From: Malacoraja senta
Taxonomy: Eukaryota
NCBI GenBank assembly: GCA_038087875.1
Contig: CM075995.1
Coordinates: 3,474,001-3,538,000, forward strand
Reading direction: 5' to 3'
Length of the DNA: 64,000 bases
Shown: positions 1 through 11,250 of the stretch, piece by piece
Position numbering within the stretch: position 1 is the first letter of the stretch
Layout: every line of letters begins with the position of its first letter
The notes under the pieces: model-generated
Told to the model about the DNA's origin: nothing
Seen by the model: only the letters and a program-made list of their open reading frames with translations
Databases searched by the model: none
Program-made: the position numbers and the translations under genes

Positions 1-980
1 CAATGCACTATCCCCAATATCAGATGTCACTTTAGAGCAGTTTTCATCAGTGAGCTATTTTCCAATTGAATAAAGCCGTAAGGTCACAAGGGATAGGAAT
101 AGAATTTGGCCATTCGGCCCATCAAGCCTACTCCGTCATTCAATCATGGCTGATCTATCTCTCCCTCCTAACCCCATTCTCCTGCCTTCTCCCCATAACC
201 TCTGACACCCGTACTAATCAAGAATCTATCTATCTCTGCTTTAAAAATATCCACTGATGGCCTCCACAGCCTTCTGTGGCAAAGAATTCCACAGATTCAC
301 CACCCTCTGACTAAAGAGATTTCTGCTCATCTCCTTCCTAAAAGAACGTCCTTTAATTCTGAGGCTATGACCTCTAGTCCTCGACTCTCCCACTAGTGGA
401 AGCATCCTCTCCACATCCACTCTATCCGAGCCTTTCACTGTTCTGTGTGTTTCAATGAGGTTCCCTCTCATTCTTCTAAACTCCAGCGAATTGCTGATTG
501 TGAGAGCTAAAGTATATGTTTGCTATTCACTGTTTATACATTTCAAGTCCGTTACTAAACACTCACTGCACTGTATCACTTTAAAATTTATAATAATCAA
601 GCTATCATTTTCCGGAAGTCCATTAAAACGAAGTCTTCGTTTTAAACCAGCATCTACATTTCCGTCCTACACATTTTATGTGTTTAGTTTAATTTAGTTT
701 AGTTTATTGTCACGTGTACCGGAACAGTGAAAAGCTTTTATTGCATGCTAACCAGCCAGCGGAAAGTCAATACATGATTTTGTATGTTCTTGTGTCCAGT
801 CTGAGACCATACAGTCGCAGTGTCTCTGTGGGAATATGTGCCAGAATATGAGGAACATGTAGCATAGAGTCGGAGAGCCAGGGTGCGAGCGTGTGTGTAA
901 GTGTTGGTGCGTTAAACCAAGAGTTCCAGGAGTGTGCAACTGGAGTGTCGGTGAGAGTGAATACACAACACCAGAATGAA

Positions 981-1163
981 CGTTTAACAAAGAACTGCAG
1001 ATGCTGGAAAAATCGAAGGTAGACAGAAATGCTGGAGAAGCTCAGCAGGTGAGGCAGCATCTATGGAGAGAGGTCTGAGGAAGGGTTTCGACCCGAAACG
1101 TCGCCTATTTCTTCTCTCCATAGATGCTGCCTCACGCGCTGAGTTCCTCCAGCAATTTTGTCT
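981..1163. mobile_element. Palindromic Penelope-derived repeat with minimal hammerhead core (representative copy of a very abundant family)
   Basis: 11-bp TSD ACCAGAATGAA (970-980, 1164-1174). Inverted arms (ATGCTGGAG..CTCAGC..GGCAGCATCT). Core AGGT-CTGAGGA-AGGGTTTCGACCC-GAAACGTC-GCCT at 1071-1106. Related copies at ~1410-1600, 25360-25600, 26330-26860, 28335-28555, 38480-38575, 39680-39815, 40640-40770, 58550-58980, 60940-61080. Confidence 0.7.
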
Positions 1164-1752
1164 ACCAGAATGAATGTGATCAGTCTGAGAGTCCAGAATG
1201 AAAGTGAGAGTTCCTGTCTCAGAATATCTCAGTGGGAGGAAGCGAGTGAGAGCACTAAGGGTGCCTCACTGCCTCTTCATTTCTTCCCCAATTTTCCATA
1301 TAGTAAACACTTATAAGTGAAAAAGACAAGCTCAATAAACGCCATGAATTTCCTTTGTCCTTAGTGGTAGGGTTCAACCAACAGAACCCCAGTAAGACTT
1401 GAGTACATGGATAGACACAAAAAGTGCTGGAGTAACTCAGTGGGTCAGGCAGCATCTCTGGACAAAAATGGATAGGTGATATTTGGGGTCAGGACCTTCT
1501 TCATACTGACTTCAACATGACCTATCCATTTTCTCCAGAGATGCTGCCTGACCCGCGGAGTTGCTCCAGCATCTTGTGCCTATCTTTGGTATAAATCAGC
1601 ATCAATGCTGTTCAGGGTCATAACATTAGTTGTATATTTTCCCCTTGCATTTAACCTCCCAAAGTGCAACACGCACACTTGCTGAGATTAGCAGTTGTCT
1701 AGTTGCCACAACTGCTTTTGGTGCTGCTTTGGAGAGGGGTCGGTGTGGAAGA

Positions 1753-1893
1753 GGGGGTGGAAGATTGCAGCCTTCACGTGGTCCGCCCTGTTTTGACGAA
1801 TGCAATCAACCTGGCGTGCACAATCAAATAAGATCAAATAGAACAAGTTGTCCTGCAACTTTAGGCTGTGCATGCCATACGCAAGAAGAAGAA
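1753..1893 (+). mobile_element. Short retroposon headed by an HDV-like ribozyme (family A)
   Basis: 11-bp TSD GGTGTGGAAGA (1742-1752, 1894-1904). 3' end CATACGC(AAG)n. Ribozyme fold at the 5' end. Confidence 0.85.
1754..1807 (+). ncRNA. Minimal HDV-like self-cleaving ribozyme
   Basis: P1 GGGGTGG/CCGCCCT (G1.U wobble), P2 GATTGCA/TGCAATC, P3 GCC/GGT, L3 TTCACGT, J4/2 ACGAA. P4 essentially absent. Confidence 0.85.
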
Positions 1894-2854
1894 GGTGTGG
1901 AAGAACACAAACAAAGGAAGAGGAATGGTGGAGTTAAAGGAAAAAAATCTAAACCAGCAAGAAAACAGGAACTGAGAGAAGTAAATGCTGGAAATCTGAA
2001 ATAAAAGACAATGCTGGAAATACTCAGCAGATGAGATAATATTTCTGGAGAGAGAAAAGCCTATTGTTATTCTAGTACTTGAAGAAACTCCATCCAGTTG
2101 ACACATGCCTTCAATAATTATCACCAAAAAAAATGTATCCAGCCATGACCTCATTGTTCTTTGTAGGTGATTGTTGTTTGCAAAGAATGGATCGGCTGGG
2201 CTTATATTCACTGGAATTTAGAAGGATGAGTTGGGATCTTATAGAAACATATACAATTCTTAAGGGATTGGACAGGCTATATGCAGGAAAAATATTCCCG
2301 ATGTTGGAGGAATCCAGAACCAGGGGTCACAGTTTAAGAGTAAGGCGTAGGCCATTTAGGACTGAGATGAGGATTTAAAAAATTTAACCCAGAGAGTTGT
2401 GAATCTGTAGAATTCTCTGCCACAGAAGGCAGTAGAGGCCAATTCTCTGGATGCTTTCAAGAGAGAGTTGGATAGAGCTCTTAAAGATAAAGGAGTCAGG
2501 GGATATGGGGAGAAGGCAGGAACATGGTACTGATTGTGGATGATCAGCCATGATCACAGTGAATGTTGGTTAGTTAGATTTAGCTCTTAGGGCTAACGGA
2601 ATCAAGGGATTTGGGGAAAATGCAGGAACGGGGAACTGATTTTGCATGATCAGCCATGATCATATTGAATGGCGGTGCTGGCTCGAAGGGCCGAACAGCC
2701 TACTCCTGCACCTATGTTCGATGTTCCTATGTTTCTATCATGGAATTGAGGTACTATTTTAGCTTTCGTTGAATCTCGCTCAGGAAGCGTGTCCAAATGC
2801 AGGTGCCAAATCCGCAAACGGAATGAAAACCTCAAGTGCGCAAACGGGGTGCAG

Positions 2855-2868
2855 GTTGCCATGGTAAC
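2855..2868. promoter_or_regulatory. RFX X-box motif in unique CpG-containing sequence
   Basis: GTTGCCATGGTAAC, a near-perfect palindromic RFX site, immediately followed by an ETS-like GCGGAAG. Confidence 0.5.
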
Positions 2869-4615
2869 GCGCGGAAGCAAGCCCTGAGTGGCAGGTAATC
2901 AAATCTGCCTGAGTGAATGGTCGGAAGTCAATGGGTCAAAAATGCGATCAGTCAGATTTTGAAAACCTTGATCGTCCCTTGATCATGGAAACAGGCGCAG
3001 CAACGGCAAGTGGCGAAAATTTCGTAACAGCGTTTCTTTGTCGAAACAGCGGTTAAAAGGAATTAAAATGTAAAAACTCGTTGAGGTTTGATGGAAGGTG
3101 AATAATGGTCGGTTTCTTATGCCTCGGGGATAGGTTTGAAGATGGATAGACCTGGCCTTCCCTCTCATGCCTCTGCAACTTAATGAGGGTACACTGCAAC
3201 ACATCCATTATTGGTTAAACTGGCTATTTAGTTGAGCTTTATTTATTTTTAGGAGATTAATCGTGTTCATTTTGTCTTCCTCCTCCACCCTCCCGCCACC
3301 TGGTCTTTCATTGCATGTCTCAAGTCCTGTCCCCGCTGTTGTATTGAAAAAGGAAGTGATTTTCATTTAGTGCCACAGCATTCCCCCCACCCCCCCCCCC
3401 CCCCCCACCACCACTGACTAAACAAAGGACAAAATGAAATTAAGTGACAAAGAGCTGCACAGGATTCAAGGCACAGCATCAAACTCAACTACATTTATGC
3501 TCCATATGAGATTCCTTAAGCCTCGACTTAACATTCAAATCCTTTCTCCTTTGTGAAATTATCTAGCACCTCCTTGAAATCCGATTTTCCTCACCTATTG
3601 CCTGTGATTCTGTCAGTTATGAATTAAAAAGTTCATCCATATTTAACTGACTAAGCCCCTTCATAACTTCCACACAGAGAGTGGTGGGTATATGGAGCGA
3701 GCTGCCGGCAGAGGTAGTTGAGGCAGGTGCCATAACGACATTTCAAAGGCATTCGGACAGGCACATGGATAGGAAAGGTTTAGTGTGACATGGGCCAAAC
3801 GTGGATAGGTGGGACTAGTGCAGACTGGGAATCTTGGTCGGCATGGGAATGTTTTTAGTTTTAGTTTCGTTTAGAGATACTGCGCAAATAACATGGCCCT
3901 TTGGCCCACCGAGTCCGCACCGACCAGCGATCCCCGCACATCTGCACTATCCTGCACTAGGGACAATTTTTACAATTTTTCCAAGCCAATTAACCTACAA
4001 ACCTGTACGTCTTTGGAGTGTGGGAGGAAACCGAAGATCTCGGAGAAAACACACGCAGTTCATGGGGAGAACGTACAAACTCCGTACAGACAAGCACCCA
4101 GAGTCAGGATCAAACCTGGGTCTCTGGTGCTGTATGTTGGGCCGAAGGACCTGTTTCTGTGCTGCATGATGCCATGACTATGAAACAAATCGCAACTCGA
4201 TCTTATTTCTAGAAATGTAAGACTCCCAGCCCGTGTAAAGTTTTCACTAAGTGCCTCTGAGTTCCAGGTATCAGTCCTGGAAAGATTCATTCATAATTTT
4301 TGCAGGGCCTAGTTATTTTTTTCTGTAAACTGGTTTAAATTTCTCTGATATTCCATTCAACTTATGGTTAATAAATGATGGTCAACTTACCGTTCATTGA
4401 TCATGGAAACGTGCAAACACTCAAGGTATTCACCAACATCATGATAGTTGTGTACTTCAGTGAACATTTAGAGTCATACAGCACCATAACAGGCCCTTCA
4501 GCCCAACTTGTTCATGCCGACCAAAATGCTCCATTTAATCTAGTCCAATTTGACTGCATTCACCCTATGTCCCTCCAATCCTTTTCTAGCCACGTACTTG
4601 TCCAAGTATCTTTGT

Positions 4616-4913
4616 CACGGTGGAGCAGCAGTAGAGTTGCTGCCTTACAGCGAATGCAGCGCCGGAGACCCGGGTTCAATCCCGACTGCAGGTGTTGTCT
4701 GTACGGAGTTTGTACGTTCTCCCCGTGACCTGCGTGGGTTTTATCCGAGATCTTCGGTTTCCTCCCACACTCCAAAGACGTACAGGTTTGTAGATTAATT
4801 GGCTTGGTAAATGTAAAAATTGTCCCTAGTGTGTGCAGGATAGTGTTAATGTGCGGGGTTCGCTGGTCATCCAGTACGGGCTGTATCTCTAAACTAAACT
4901 AAATTAAACTAAA
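4616..4913 (+). mobile_element. tRNA-derived V-SINE (HE1-like), representative copy
   Basis: A/B boxes (TGGAGCAGCAGT...GGTTCAATCC), V-domain GGAGTTTGTACGTTCTCCCCGTG, (AAACT)n tail. About 20 copies, e.g. 3855-4130(-), 6176-8320 (split), 10197-10660(-), 11755-12055(-), 12990-13250, 20930-21225(-), 26003-26320, 27307-27685, 33330-33655(-), 40153-40480, 43500-43715(-), 47964-48270(-), 62055-62370, 63647-63950. Confidence 0.9.
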
Positions 4914-6211
4914 AATGCAGTTATAGTAGCTGCATCAACTACCTCCTCTGGCAACTCGTTCCATATTTTATCACCCTCTGAATGAAAAGATTACCCCTCA
5001 GGTTCCTACTAAATCTTGCCCCTCTCACCTTAAACCTATGTCCTCTAGTTTTTGATTCCACTACCCTGAGTAAAAACGGTAGAATTAAATATTTTACGGC
5101 TCTCCAAAGACATCACCTGAGGCCTAGGCTTAATGTCACACCAAAAGGCTGTTGACCAACTGAGAGCATTTGGCTGGGTTATTTGCTCAAAGCTTTGGAA
5201 AGAGACTTAAACTATGACCTTTGACTCTGAGATGAGCGCTGCAGAGTTACCCACTGTTGACACTCAATACTGATCCCAAACTAATCCATTAATGAGTGGG
5301 GTGAACATACGATGAGCGTTCGACGGCACTGGGCCTGTACTCACTGGAGTTTAAAAGGATGAGGGGGATCCTCATAAAAAATTACCAAATAGTAAAAGGC
5401 CTGGATAGAGTGGATGTGGAGAGGATGTTTCCACTAGTGAGGGAGTCTCGGACCAGAGGTCATCGCCTCAGAATTACAGGACATTCCTTTAGGAAGGAGA
5501 TGAGGAGGAATTTAATTGGTCAGAGGGTGGTGAATCTGTGGAATTTATTGCCACCGAAGGCGGTGGAGGATGTCAGTGGATATTCTAAAGGCAGAGATAC
5601 ATAGATTCTTCATCAGTATGAGTTGTCAGGGGTTATGGGGAGAAGGCAGGAGAATGGAGTTGAGAGGGAAAGTTAGAAGAGCCATGATTGAATGGTGGAG
5701 TAGACTTGATGGGAGGAATAGCCTGAATCAGCTGCTATCAATAATGAATTTATGAACTTATGACCCCTAATTCCAGCAATTCCTACTGCATCAAGGCCAG
5801 GAGGAACAAGATGACCACAGAATCTCCCTGAACTTCAACCATTATCTTGACTTGAGAAAATACCAAGAGTAGTGCAATGTTAAAATCCTGGCATTCCCTT
5901 GTCAACACTGTCTATTACTCTGAAATGTCACTGCTGGTAAGTTGATCAGAGTATGGAAAGCTAACATCCAAGATTAAGAGACATAACATTCTTAGCTAGC
6001 GAGGAAGAAAAGGGTTCATGATTTATTTGTGCCAAAATTGAGAAGACATTGCACATGATTGCTGATTCAAAATTTTGAAATTCTCGGTCTTTGATTATTA
6101 CGGGAACATCTTAAACATCTGGCCTGCAGCTGCATTAGATAAAGGTATCAGTAGAAAGCAGCGAGGAGCAATAGGGCTTCACAGTGGCGCAACGGTAGAG
6201 TTGCTGCCTTA

Positions 6212-8029
6212 AAGGGCTGTCTCACTGTGCGAGCTGACCCACGAGTGACCCCGAGTTTAAAACAAATTTAACTCGTGGTAATCACGTACAATTAACGTAG
6301 CGGGAACGTCGGAACTCGTGGACGCAACTTAGCGACTCTTGGCGCTAACGGGAGGTACCCGTGAAACTTGTTAACTCTTGCAAAAGTTCAAACATGTTTG
6401 AACTTTTCCACGAGTAAAATGTACTCTTGTGGTTAAAAATTGAAACATTTAAACTCGTTGTAAGAACGTAGTGGCCCGTGCGTTTAACTTTGTGACTCGT
6501 GATTCTACCGTGGGAACTCTTTTTAGAAACAATAATCAGGGACAGAAATATCAGTTACTTAGACTTTTTAAAGACAAATTCTGCTTAACAAAGTTAAGCA
6601 AGTTATTGATAAGGTGACAGAGTGGGTTGAAAAGAATAAATTGCTTGAAGTTTATATATAAATTTGTGTTGTGTTGTGTTGTGTTGAAAAGCTTTTTGCT
6701 GATCCGTTTGATTCCCACTGTTTGTTTACTTCATTGCACAATAAAAGAGAGTTCTTTGCTATCAAGATCAAATTGATGTCTGGAAGTCTTCATTTTAATA
6801 TCACCACAAAGTCTCATGACTTGAATGTAATATTCCTTTCATCATAAAACACAAAATAGAGGAAGGCAAAATATATTCACATCTTGATTCTCACAATCAT
6901 TTGTGAGATTTAAGGACTCAGCTGCCTCATATGCTGTGCTTTTTAAATGTTTAAAATTGTCCCCTCTCAGTAGATCAGAAAATAAGACAAAGTCTTATGT
7001 GAAACAAATGTCTTTAATGTGAAACAAAGTCTTTATTCTTGTTCAATATAAAAAACGCTTTTTTGCGCATATTGAGAAAAGTAGCACCACAGCAAACAAC
7101 ACAGTGGTCTGAAAAAGGGCTTCTCATACATGAAAATCAACAAATGAAGCACAAATAAAAGTTATTTCCACTATATACTAATTCAGCTGAGAAATGCACT
7201 AGTCTAAATTCAGGCAATAAAAGATACAATGCAATGCGCTAAATGACAAGTTTTGAGATCTACAATCAGATAAGCAGATGCATGATAACCACGTTTTAAA
7301 GGAAAGACAGATGCAATGAAATTACTTTTACACCACAATAAAAAATAAAATCCACACTTAAAGTTAAACAAAGAAAAGTCAGCAGGATTTAAACTAAACA
7401 TGAAATTAACTGGATTTTTCTGCATGTGGGCTCTCCTCATGCAGTGATGTACCTGTGGTCGGCAGCCGCTCAAAATAAGCTGTCCTGCCACGGCACACTG
7501 CCCAATTCTGAATTATAGTAGGAGCAGAGATGGTCTCTCTGCTCTTTTGCACTGTTGGTCCCCGTGTTACCTCGAAAACACTGCAGTGGCACCAAAGTCT
7601 CGTCGTTTGTACCACTCCTCCACGCACCTAGTGTTATTCTCCCTGTTTGACTGTCCACTAAGTCACCGTCCTGCATGGCTGTTGCTGATCCTGAAGCTGC
7701 ACCTCTGATACGGATCGGGTTGTGCAGAACACATGCAGCAAACACAATAGTCTCTACGTTCTTTGGCTGGCATGACATCATTTTTTTAACATGTAATGAT
7801 TTTTCAACACTTCGATATACATTGTTACCTCAAGATTAACGGGAGAGGAACTTGGTAAACTCGGGAGACGAACTTGGAACATCGCAGAAATGAGAAGTAA
7901 ACGGCAAACTTAGACATACCCGTGGGAACTCGGTTAAACTCTGGATCATAAACTTGTAGTCTCGTACGCAACCACGAGTCTTTCACTCGGGGTCACTCGT
8001 GGGTCAACTCGCACAGTGAGACAGACCTT
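6212..8029 (-). mobile_element. PIF/Harbinger DNA transposon, internally deleted
   Basis: ~45-bp TIRs (AAGG(G/T)CTGTCTCACTGTGCGAG(C/T)TGACCCACGAGTGACCCCGAGT). TTA TSD at 6209-6211 and 8030-8032. It splits a SINE at ...GCCTTA|CAGCG. Confidence 0.92.
7470..7781 (-). pseudogene. Harbinger transposase C-terminal remnant
   Basis: IVFAACVLHN...RDHLCSYYNSELGSVPWQ matches the C-terminus of Harbinger/HARBI1-like DDE nucleases. Confidence 0.85.
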
Positions 8030-10859
8030 TTACAGCGAATGCAGCGCCTGAGACCCTGGTTCGATCCCGACTACGGGTGCTGTCTGTACGGAGTTTATAC
8101 GTTCTCCCCGTGACCTGCGGGGGTTTTATCCGAGTTCTTCGGTTTCCTCCCACACTCCAAAGATGTACAGGTTTGCAGGTTAATTGGCTTGGTAAATGTA
8201 AACATTGTCCCTAGTGTGTGTAGGATAGTGTTAATATGCAGGGATCACTGGTCGGCGCGGACCCGGTGGGCCGAAGGTCCTGTTTCCGCGCTGTATCTCT
8301 AAACTAAACTAAACTAAACTGGCTACAGGTGCTGTCTGCAAGATATTTCTACGTTCTCCCTGTGACTGCAGGATTTCTTTGGGTGCTCCGGTTTCCTCCC
8401 ACACTCCAAAGACGTACAGGTTGGGAGGTTAATTGGCTTTGGTAAGTTGTAAAATTGCCCCTCATGTGTGTAGGTAGGTGCACGGGGTGATCGCTGGTCG
8501 ACACACACTCGGTGGGCCGAAGGGCCTGTTTCCGCACGATATTTCTAAACTCAATAAATATCAACAAATCAGCAGCACAGGACAGTTGGTAGAGCTGCAG
8601 TCTCACAGTGCCAGACGCCTGGGTTCGATCCTTAACTCGGGAGCTATCTGTGTGGCGTTTGCACGTTCTCCCTGTGACTGGGTGGGTTTCCTCCGTGTGC
8701 TCTGGTTTCCTCCCGCATCCCAATGAGTCCAAAGATTTGTGGGTTGATTGGCATCTGTGAATTGCCCCTGATTTGATGGGAGTGGAAGGCGGGATGGCGA
8801 TGAGCTGGTGTGGACTGATAGTCATAGAGTGAGTGATACAGCGTGGAAACAGGCCCTTCAGCCCAACTTTCCCACATTTACCAACATGTCCCATACTACA
8901 CTCGTTCCACCTGCCTGCATTTGGCCCATACCCCTCTAAACCTATCCTATCCATGTGCCTGTCTAAATCTTTCTTAAATGATGCATTAGTACCTGCCTCA
9001 ACTATCTCCTCCAGCAGTCTTTGTGTGATAAAGTTATCCCCCAGGTTCCTATTAAATCATTCCCCCCTCACCTTAAACCTATGTCCTCTGGTTCTTGATT
9101 CCCCTACTCTGGGCAAGAGGCTCTGTGCGTCTACCTCATCTATTCTTCTCATGATTTGGTACATTGATTCATATCAATCAATGATTCAAAGCAGTTAAGA
9201 GTTCAAAAGAGTGAGAATTTAAATCATTGCAGCTTTATGTGCAATTATGAAATCATGATATCTAAGCCTGTGATTTAATGTTTCAACTTTAGAAACTTAA
9301 GGTTTGACTCTATGACTCAATGAGTCTATGATTACATTTTATCAGCCACGCTAATGCAATATGTGAAGTCACAAGGTTCATATAGCTGTGAATATAGAAC
9401 AGTACAGAACAGCAACAGGCCCCCAAATAAACCAGCATATTTTGCTTTTTCATTGTTTGAAACATATTTTTTCTGTTCTAGTGATCAAAGAGCATAAATA
9501 CACTGTTTCCTACATTATACTTCCAGCATTCCCCATTTTCTCAATCTGTCTATATCCTGTTAGAAATCAGGATACTTCTATGAAGTCTCCACTCAACAGC
9601 TGATATTCCGAAGAAAGATAGGTGTTTGCCATGTGGTTTTTAATTCTGTATCCTCATCAGGCGACCTTATTGTACAGCGCTTGTGAGATGCATGCTTGTT
9701 GAGAGGAATGTGGTGTACGGGGCCAAGTATGTAAACACTGCTGTCTGCCAACCTGAAAAAGGCACCTGCTGACAACCTAAACAATGTCAAAAATGTAACA
9801 ATAAGCATTGTATATCAACTGTTTTGGCAATGTGTCATCTGTGCTGTGCCAGCATTGATTTGACATTTTCACCTCCAGCTCACGAGCTTGTGTGGATTAA
9901 CCCCACTCCGAACACAATCTCACACTTTGAGAACCCAATCTAGGCTGACATTTATTTCAGTACCAAGGCAGTGCTGTACTTTTGTGTGTCCGTGTTTCAG
10001 ATGAGGCATTAAACTGAGATCTGCGCTGACTCAGTGGTTATGTTTGGAAAAACACAAACAAGTTTAGTTTTAGTTTTGTTTAGTGTTGGACAGGACATTT
10101 TTTATTGTCACATACACCAATTGGTGCAGTGCACTTTGAGCCACCATGCAACACACAAATAAGACAACACTACAGAATTTAACATAAAACATAAAAGTTT
10201 AGTTCAGTTAGAGAAACAGCGTGGAAACAGGCCCTTTGGCCCTCTGAGTCCGCACCGACCAGCGATCCCCGCACACTGCACTATCCTACACATACTGGGG
10301 ACAATTTACAGTTTTTTTTTACCAAAGACGAATTAACCTACAAACCTGTTCGTCTTTGGAGTGTGAGAGGAGACCAGAGTACCCGGAGAAAACCCACGCA
10401 GGTCATGGGGACAATAGGTGCAGGAGTAGGCCATTCGTCTCTTCGAGCCATTCAATGTGATCATAGCTCACCATCCCCAATCAGTACCCCGTTCCTGTCT
10501 TCTCCCCATATCCCCTGACTCTGCTATCTTTTAGAGCCCTATCTTTAAGAACCCTATCTAGAACGTACAAACTCTGTACAGACAGCACCTGTGGTCAGGA
10601 TTGAACCCGTGTCACTGGTACTGTAAGGCAGCAACTTTACCGCTGTGCCACCGTGCCGCCCTGTTGAAAGTCAAATATTTAATTCTCAACGAGCATGCTA
10701 AACAATGAGCAAACTGCATGTGCTGGTTTACATTTTAAAGAAAAGACACAAAGTGCTGGAGTAACTCAAAAGGTCAGGCAGTATCTCTGGAGAACATGGA
10801 TAGGTGACGTTTTGAATCGGGACCCTTCGTTAGACTAATTGAACAGAAAGCTCATTTTA

Positions 10860-11250
10860 ACCATTGCAACTCATCTTCAGATTCCCGTACTGACCTTTCT
10901 GTCCTAGGCCTCCTCCATTGCCAGAGAAAGACCACACACAAACTGGAAGATCAGTACCGCATAGTATCTTGAGTAGCTTACAACTCAATGGTCTGAACAT
11001 TAAATTATCCAATTTTAAGTAACTGCAACCCCACTTTACCTTCTTCCCCCATCCTTCTTTGTCCCTGACCCTCTTTCCACTATGCCCCACCTGGGCTCAT
11101 GCCTATTTCTGCCCACCCCCTTTCCTTCCACCTACATTCCTTCACACTTCGCAACTCTTCAATCCTTTTGTCTCACACCTTCTGTCTTTTCATCCCTGGC
11201 CTTTGTCCAAACATCTGCCTATCGAAAACCCCTCACCTGTATTAATGTAT
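10860..11250 (+). mobile_element. Penelope-like element 3' fragment (GIY-YIG endonuclease C-terminus, degenerate)
   Basis: Degenerate reading of TDLSVLGLLHCQ...KLE...SLQLNGLNIKLSNFK*, typical of vertebrate Penelope ORF ends. Related pieces near 32290-33010 and 46460-47160. Confidence 0.65.

Noticed and set aside
4616..4700. tRNA-like A/B boxes (here and in all SINE heads)
   Set aside because: They are SINE heads fused to the V-domain and tail, not cloverleaf tRNA genes.
8349..8954. 201-aa ORF
   Set aside because: Antisense read-through of adjacent SINE and CR1 3'UTR fragments.
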